Below are positions 56,973-64,000 of a stretch of 64,000 nt of DNA, one piece after another (the stretch's first letter is position 1; every line of letters begins with the position of its first letter). The notes under the pieces were generated by a model. That model saw nothing but the letters and a program-made list of their open reading frames with translations, was not told the origin of the DNA and made no database searches. Location of the stretch: the NCBI GenBank assembly GCA_004431415.1, contig QPMI01000064.1, positions 310,001 to 374,000 of the forward strand. The letters run 5' to 3'. A program made the position numbers and the translations under genes. Origin of the DNA: Cyanophora paradoxa CCMP329 (taxonomy: Eukaryota > Plantae > Glaucophyta).

Positions 56973-59090
56973 CTAGTCGCCGTCGCCGTCGCCGTCGCCG
57001 ACGTCGACGTCGTCGTAGTCTCCGGACACGAGGGACATGCGGGGCCCGCCGCCCCCGCCTGCGCCGCCCCCGCCTGCGCTGCCGCCGCTGCCGGCGCCGC
57101 GGTCTCGGAGGCCCGCGATGCCGGAGCTGACCGGCGAGGCGGTGCCTGACGAGAGCGACGGCGGCGCCGATCTCCTCTGCCTCGCGCTGCCGCGGCCGCT
57201 GCCGCCGGCGCTGCTGCTCGCCGCGCCGCCGCCGCGGCTCCCCACGCCGCCGCTGCTGCCCGCGCCGCTGCTGCCGGCCGCGCTGCTCGCGCCGTCCGCT
57301 CCCGCGTCCCCGTCCTCCTCCTCCTCCTCATCCTCCTCCTCTTCGTGCCCGGAGCCCGCCCGCCCCCCCCGGCTCGCGATAGAGGGGCCCCCGGGGGCCG
57401 CCCCGACGAGCAGCCGGCTGAGCGATGCCCCCTTGTCCGCCTTGACGCACGAGGTCAGCCTAGCCGAGGCGCCCGGGGGAAGGGAGGGGGGTACAAAGCG
57501 AACCACGAGGGCGGATGGGTCGGCGCTCCTTCTGCGCGACTTGGCGAGCGCCTGCAGCCGCCGCTCGGCATCGGGGGCCAGCCCGCCCCCGAAGATCGAC
57601 CCCGCCTTGATCTGAAAGAGGGGGGAGGGGCGGCTCAGGTGCGCTCAGATCGGTCTGGTCTGAGGGAGATGCCCCGACCTTCAGCCGCTTCGATACGAGG
57701 CTCTCGTCGAAGCCCGAGGCTCGTTTGAAGACCGCCTGGAGGGGTACATAGTTAGAGAAAACCAGGGGGTACGGGGGAGGGCAGGGTGAAGCGGGTAGAG
57801 GTACCCACCTCCTTCGCCGCCCGTTTGTCCGCGTCGTTCGCTTCCAGGAGGGGTATGGCGACCTGCAGAGCGGCTCGTTCGCTGGACGGGGAACGGAAGA
57901 GGAAGAGGGGCCGGGCGCAGACCTTCCAGCCCCCGTGCAGCAGCTTCGTCTCCTCCACCTCCTTCTTCTTCAGCTCTTTCTTCTCGGTCTGCGAGGGTGC
58001 GGCTCGCGCTCGGCTTGTTCGCGGTACCCCTCCAGCCCGCGAACCGCGTACCCTGAACTTCTTCCGCATCGCGCTCGACATCGCGAAGTCGTCCTCGTGC
58101 GTCCTGTCCACGGCAGATTTGATCTGCTCTAAGCGCGGCATCGCCTGCGTCCTCCCTGCGTGAGCAAGCGGGCGGGCGGGCGGCTGGCGGCTGGCGGCTG
58201 GCGAGCCGCGCGCGCGTATGTGAGAGGCGCGGGCCGCACCTCCTTTGCCTTGACTTCGCTCGCGGTGGCGTGCTCGAGCCGGTAGAAAGCATTCTCGGCG
58301 CGCTTCGCGACCTCCTTCGCATCCTCGAGCTTCTCGACCTGCGCGCGCTCGCTCACTCAAAGGGCGCCTGGCCTCAGGCGCGCGGCGCCGTCGCAGCTCG
58401 CCTCCCCCTCGTCAGGCTCGTAGGTCTCTGTTTTCCGCTTCGCTCCGGACGCCACGACGTAGTCGCACGCCTGCGGGGCGGCGTCAGCGGGCAGACGCGG
58501 AGCGGCACTGGATCCGGGCGTGGACGGGGCGGGCCTTCGGGTCGGTGTGGATCTCGATGTAGTAGCTACATGAAGGGCACTTCATGCGGAAGCTCCAGAT
58601 CTTGGTCGACAGGTACTTGCCGATGCACTTCTTCTCCGCATTGAAGCGCACGCCTGCACGTCTGCGGGCTCAGCGGGCGCGGGCGGGGCTCGGCGGCAGC
58701 GATCGGCGCTCGGATACCCTTTGCGATGTGCCGCCCGCAGCCATCGCACCACACGTCGTAGGGGAGCTCAAATCTGCAAGGAGAAGTACGTCAGCGCATC
58801 AGCGGCGCTGAAGACGGCGATACGGGGCTCGCCGGATGACGAGGATGCCCAGGTGAAGTTTCTTCGCCCGCTCCCGGAGCGCATGCTGCCCGTGGAACTT
58901 GTTGAGGCCGCCCTGCTCGGGCGTCCACTCTGCTCGGCGGAACCGGCGTGCGTGAGCGCGGGGCGGCAGGCGCTGCGGGCGGTCGGCGCAGCCGGCGCAC
59001 CCGGCGGGTAGTACTTGTTGACGGCTTTTCGTTCCGCCTGCGCGAAGGAGTGAGCAGGGCGCGGATCCAGCCAGAAGCCCGCCGCACCAT
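56973..59090 (-). CDS. CCDC130: CCDC130/YJU2B (Cwf16/Saf4-Yju2 family) splicing factor
   Basis: Spliced [114 protein letters not shown]; NAFYRLEH; [14 protein letters not shown]; ends LVSGDYDD... Confidence 0.92.
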
Positions 59091-59144
59091 TTCGCTGTGT
59101 ACCCAGACTGAAAAAAAGTTGCTTGCGTCTTGCTCAACGCTGCG

Positions 59145-61850
59145 ATGGCGAGCCCCGTGGCGCAGCGGCTGAAAGGTGAACGCGCGTGGCTCCTTCGTGC
59201 CGCGTCCTGACGCGCTCTCCCGTCGGCGCAGCCGCCCGCGCGGGCCGCGGCGTGTGCCTCATCGTCTGCCAGGACGAGGAGAAGGACAGGAGCCTGCGTG
59301 ACGCGATCATACAGCAGAACCGCGCGGAGAAGCGCAGCCGGAACAGGTCCGACGCGATGAACCCGAAGCGAGCGAGCAAGCGGCTGGCCGAGGCGCGTCT
59401 CTCGAGACAGGGTGCGACGCGCTTCGACGCGCGCCTGCCGTCGAAGGACGCCCGAGCGCTTCCCCGCAGCGATGCGGGGCGCGGCGGCGGAGGCGGAGCT
59501 CACTTCGGTGGCGCTCGCCGAGTGGCGGCGGCTGCAACCGGAGGAGCGGCGGCGCCTGTGCGAGGAAGCGGGGCGCATGTCGAAGGAGGAGGCGCTCGCG
59601 GCCCTGGGCCAGGGCGTTGAGCAGATAGCGCCGCTCCCGCCCGCCGCGCTGGAGGAGATCTACTCGGCGGCAGCGGACTTCGCCGGCGCGACCGGCGAGT
59701 GCGCGTCCGACGAGGGCCCCAGCGCGCCGAACCCGGCGCTGGCGTACCCGCTCCTCCCGCCCGTGCGGCTCGTCCGGACGGTCGCCGACATCTGCGGGCG
59801 CGAGGGCGCCTGCGCGGCGTCGGCGGCCGACGAGCCGGTGACGCTGGACGACGTCGGGTTCGACGGGACCGTCTACGCGGACGAGGCGGAGCAGAACTGC
59901 CGGCCCGCGTACACCCTCCAGTGGCCTGAGCGCCCCGAGGAGGTCCGCGTACCCCCCCCTGGATCGAGGGGCGCGCCCCCGCTCCGCTCCGCCCCGCCTG
60001 ACGCTATCGCAGCTGTCGGAATCGCTGAGGGCGTCGATCCGTGTGGCGCCGGGCGAGCTTCCGGACATTCAGGCGACCCACTGCTTCGTCCTGCGCGCCG
60101 AGGAGGTCGTGTTCAGCGTACCCGCCGAGCCCGAGCACCCCCCCGCCCCCTGCGCCTACCACGGGGCCGCCGCACCCTCTTCCCCCTCCCTCCCCGCATC
60201 CCCCGGCTCCTCTACCCCCCCCTCCTCAGCCTCCGCGGGCCCGCCGGCCCCCGGCTGCCGGCTCGGCCAGCCCGGAGCCCAGCACGAGCTCCGGCTCCGC
60301 GCGATCGTGTACCCCTTCCCGGACGCCTGCCCCCGCCACGCGGCCGCGATCGACCTACCCCCCGCCGGCCGCGTCTTCGTCGAGTGGTCGATGACCGACG
60401 CCGACCTACGCGAAGTGCGTACCCCCCGGGGTGCTTCTTCCCCCATTCGCTCAGACTTTTTCGTAGGCGCTTACCGTTCGGAACCTCGCGGCGGCGGCCG
60501 CCGCGGAGAGCAACCCGCCCGCCACGTCCCCTGTACCCGGGGCGCCCCCGCCGCCCCCTCCGGGGGTATCCTACCGGAACAGCGCCTACATCACCGCCGA
60601 GGCGCGCGCGCCGTACCCCGCGCCGCCTTTTTTCCTTTCCTCTCCGAACCCGTACCCCCCGCAGATCACCAAGTCGCTCGCCCACTCCGTCCACTGCAGC
60701 GGCGCCCTCGACGCTTTCTACGGGTACCCCTCTTCCGCATGTGTCTTTTTGTATCCAGTTTCGTGACGCAGTACCCCGCAGGGCGTCCTGCGTGATGCCG
60801 ACCTGCCGCGCCAACGCGACCCTCGAGCGCCTGAAGGACGTGCGCGTACCCCCGGCGCCTGTCCCCTTTCCTTCCCCGACCCCCCTTTCGCCGCAGCGGA
60901 TCGTGCTCTCGAACGTGAAGCTCGCCATATCCGCCGAGCTGATCGTGAACATGATCGGTGTACCCGTGGACCCCGGCCCCTGCCTCCGGCCCGACCCCGA
61001 GGCACGCCGCACACACGTACCTCCCCTTTCCCCGCTCATTTCCCCCCCTCAGCCCTGCTCCGCGTGCCGCTTCTTCGCGAGGACCGCGCGGAAGGACCCC
61101 GAGCCCCGGTACCCCCCTCCCTGCACCTTCTGTACCCCTCAGATCTGACCTCAGATCAGATCTGACCTGGCGCGGCTCGCGGTGGCGCCCGGGGGCGTCT
61201 CGCTGCACCCCTCCGTGGACCCCTCCGCCGCCATCCCCGAGGTCCTCCTCAGGTGAGCGGCCGTCCTCCCCTCCCCTTCCCCCCCCCCTCCCCTTCCTTC
61301 TGACGCGGGGGCAGCACGGAGGCTCTCCGGCAGCTCTCCACCGCCTGGCAGGCGCGCCCGCCGCCCCGCCCCACACGCCCCGCCCCGCCTCGCCCTCGGC
61401 CCCGCCGAGCCTCCTCCTAACCTCCTACCCCCCCTCAGATCGCGGTGTCGTTCGTGCCGTCGGAGGCGGACCGGGCTCTCCCCGCCGCCGACGAGCGCCG
61501 CCTCCTCGCCTCCGTCCTCGTCCGCCCCGCCCCGCCCCGCCCCTCCGGCCTAGCCCCAGCTCGCTCTAGGCTCGATGGCTTCCCACCCAACCGTGCTCCC
61601 CTTCCACCCCGTCCCGCCCCGCCCCGCCATAGACTCGACGGCTTCCCACCCTTGCTCCCCTTGTCCCCCGTCCGATCCGGCGGCGGCGCAGGGGGACTAC
61701 GGGGACGAGCTGGGGCAGCTGGCGGCGGTGCGCGGGCGCGCCGCCGCCCTCGAGGCCGCCCTCCTCGCCCTCCAGGTCCGCCCTGCCCCGGCCGCGGCCC
61801 TCGCCGCCCCTTTTTAGAGGATCTGAGAGCGCTTCTGAGAGAAGTCCCCT
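59145..61850 (+). CDS. Hypothetical multi-exon protein with an HMG-box-like helix
   Basis: ATG 59145 MASPVAQRLK then a GT donor; LAEWRRLQPEERRRLCEEA resembles HMG helix 3; long coding-like exons to ~60420 and short exons after. Confidence 0.45.
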
Positions 61851-62139
61851 AGCGCCGGCCCCCGCCCCGGCCGCGGCCCTCGCCGCCCCTGCTTAGAGCA
61901 TCTCGATGGGAAACCGAAAGCGTGGTCTAGGTCTGATATGGAAGCTGAGAGCGCTCCTTAGCGCCCGCACCCGCCCCGAGGGAAGCCGAGGGTGCGATCT
62001 AGGGAGAGAAGCCGAGGGTGCTATCTAGATTTGAAGGGCCTTTCCTTCGTCTTCTTCGCGCTCTTAGAAGACCCCCGAGAGCCGGCCGCGCCCTCGGCGC
62101 CCAGCCCTACCCGCCCGACCCCTGACCTCGGCACCCCGC

Positions 62140-64000
62140 CCCGCAGGCGCAGCCGACGCCCGACGCCGGGCCACCGCCCGCCGCGCCCCCTGGACCCATA
62201 TCCTTGCGCCGCGCCGCTTCCCTCATCTTTGCCTGTACCCCCTCGCCCCCCTCCTTGACCCCGCCTCCCCCACGCCTGCCGCCTGGAATCGGCGTACCCC
62301 TTCGGCTTCGACGTCCGCAACGGCATCGCCGTCTGGGCAGGTACCCCTCCCCCTCCCTCCCCTCCCCGTACCCCCCTCCTCCTCCTTCTCCCCCTGAAAA
62401 CCGATGTTCAGGTGGCTACCGGGCGGACTTGCCCCCTTCGGGCCCCGGAGACCAGCAGGTACCCCCTGATTTCTAGGGCGCGGGCTTATACCGCTTATCC
62501 TCTCCTCTCTGCCGCCCCGCTCGTGGATAGCGAGAGCCGAGAGCCGAGAGCCGCCCCTCTGGACCCGCCGGTGTGGTACCCCGGGCCGCCCCCTCACCCT
62601 CCCTCCCTGCCCTGCAGGTCCTCGCCCTCCACGCGATGCGGGCTCTCGCCCACGTCGCCTCCACCCGCCGCCACCTCTACGAGCAGGTGACCCTCAGCCT
62701 TGCGGTCGCCTGCTGTTCTGGTTGATCGTTCGTTCGTCTGAGCTTCTCTTCTTCCTCCGCCCCGCCAGGCGCAGTACCGGGGCGTGCAGAACCCGGCCGG
62801 CGGCGGCGGCGGCGGCGTCTCGGGCGGGGAGGAAGGGGAGCGGCGGGGCGGGGGCGGGGGCGGGCGGCCGCGGGCGTCGAGCGCGGCTCAGGAGGCCGCC
62901 ATGGCGCGCATCCGCCGCCTCATCACCACCCAGGTGCCCCGCCCCCCGCCTAAGCTCCCCCAGATAGCGCGCCGAATCCGCGTGGGTCGTTTCCCTTCGA
63001 GCGGCGCCCTCCCCTTCCCTCCTGTGCCCGCCGCCTGGGCTCCAGACAGCGCGCCGCATCATCTGCGTGGGTCGTTTCCCTCCGAGCGGCTCACCGGCGG
63101 GGGCCTCGCGCGCGCAGCAAATCGGGTGCCCGGAGGGCTCCGTCTTCTGGTTCCACCCCAACCAGGCCTTCCTCAAGGTCCGATAAGAGGCAGATTCTTA
63201 CGGGCTCTCCTAGTTTCTTGTAGTTTCTTGTGGGTCCTCAAGCGGCCGGCCCCCGTGGGATCCTCCGTGGGATAAGAGGCAGATTCGTATCGGTTCTTAG
63301 TTCTTATAGGCCCCTGAGGGTTCCTGCAAGCCGTCTGCTAGCCGTCCCCCGATCGATTCCCTCTCCGTCTGACGCGCCCCCTCCCGGCCTCTCGCCTCGA
63401 GCAGAAGGCGGGGGAGGCGCTGCGGCGGCTGCTGGAGCGGCTGCTGGCCCTCTGGGAGGAGAGCGACCACTGGGAGGCCCGCCCCGCCCCGCCCCGCCCC
63501 GCCCCGCCCCGCCCCGCCCCGGCCCGGCCCCTCAGAGAAGCGCATCTAGTTCACGGAGAAGCCCGCCCGGCCCGGCCCCGCCCCGCCTCCGCCCTTCCTC
63601 AGATAGCAGAGAAGCTCCTAGAGGCGCCTCGCCTCGCTCCGCCCTGCGCCCTCCTCCTCCTCGGATCGATTGCCTGGCCGCTGCTGACGGGGGCGACGCG
63701 CGGGGCGCAGGGGTGGGACGGCCCCAAGCCGGCGGCCGCGGACCCCGCCCTCCACTGGACCCAGGCCCGCCCCGCCCCGCCCCGCTTAGACTTAGACTTC
63801 GACTTAGACTTAAGACTCAGAAGAGTTTAGCTTGTAGCTCGGCTGGGGAAGAGGCCTCTGACTTCTCCCCCCGCAAGCGACGCCCCCCCCTCTCCCCTTC
63901 CTCGGCCGGCGCCGCCTTCCTTTCTCCCTCCCTCCCTGATAACGATCTGAGGCGCTCACCCCTCGCGCAGCGGGCGATGGACGCGGTGGCGCGGGCGGCG
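62140..64000 (+). CDS. Hypothetical multi-exon gene, or continuation of the previous one, running off the window
   Basis: Exon-like LESAYPFGFDVRNGIAVWA, VLALHAMRALAHVASTRRHLYEQ, AAMARIRRLITTQ, LRRLLERLLALWEESDHW flanked by GT/AG. Confidence 0.4.

Overview
GC-rich, intron-dense eukaryotic DNA with many ~55-120 nt introns. It is probably an alga or protist; the mTERF N-terminus has Phe/Gly motifs resembling a glaucophyte-type plastid transit peptide (inference only). The dominant structure is a 15 kb three-layer mobile-element nest at 8183-23160. Layer 1: four copies of a non-autonomous rolling-circle (Helitron2/Helentron-like) element arranged as four identical 16-bp 5' ends followed by four bodies with four 3' ends, the pattern expected from repeated insertion into one fixed site inside itself. 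Layer 2: a short AT-rich insert in the outermost body. Layer 3: a full-length L1/Tx1-type LINE inside that insert, with a ~540-aa Pro/Ser-rich tail carrying a C2H2 finger and two YxLR motifs. The nest sits in the splice acceptor of a short host intron. Host genes: a CDF zinc transporter, an LRR-like protein, a divergent histone H3-like C-terminus preceded by a C2H2-like motif, a Venus-flytrap/Cys-rich/multi-TM receptor-like protein, a MYND-finger protein, an mTERF (with a displaced copy of its 3' end), a large acidic protein with two EF-hand-like modules and mucin-like repeats, CCDC130/YJU2B (three GC-AG introns) and several hypotheticals. MITEs, a ~120-bp GC-rich satellite and palindromic stutter tracts are also present. 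Gene boundaries were read by eye and are approximate unless exact junctions are given.
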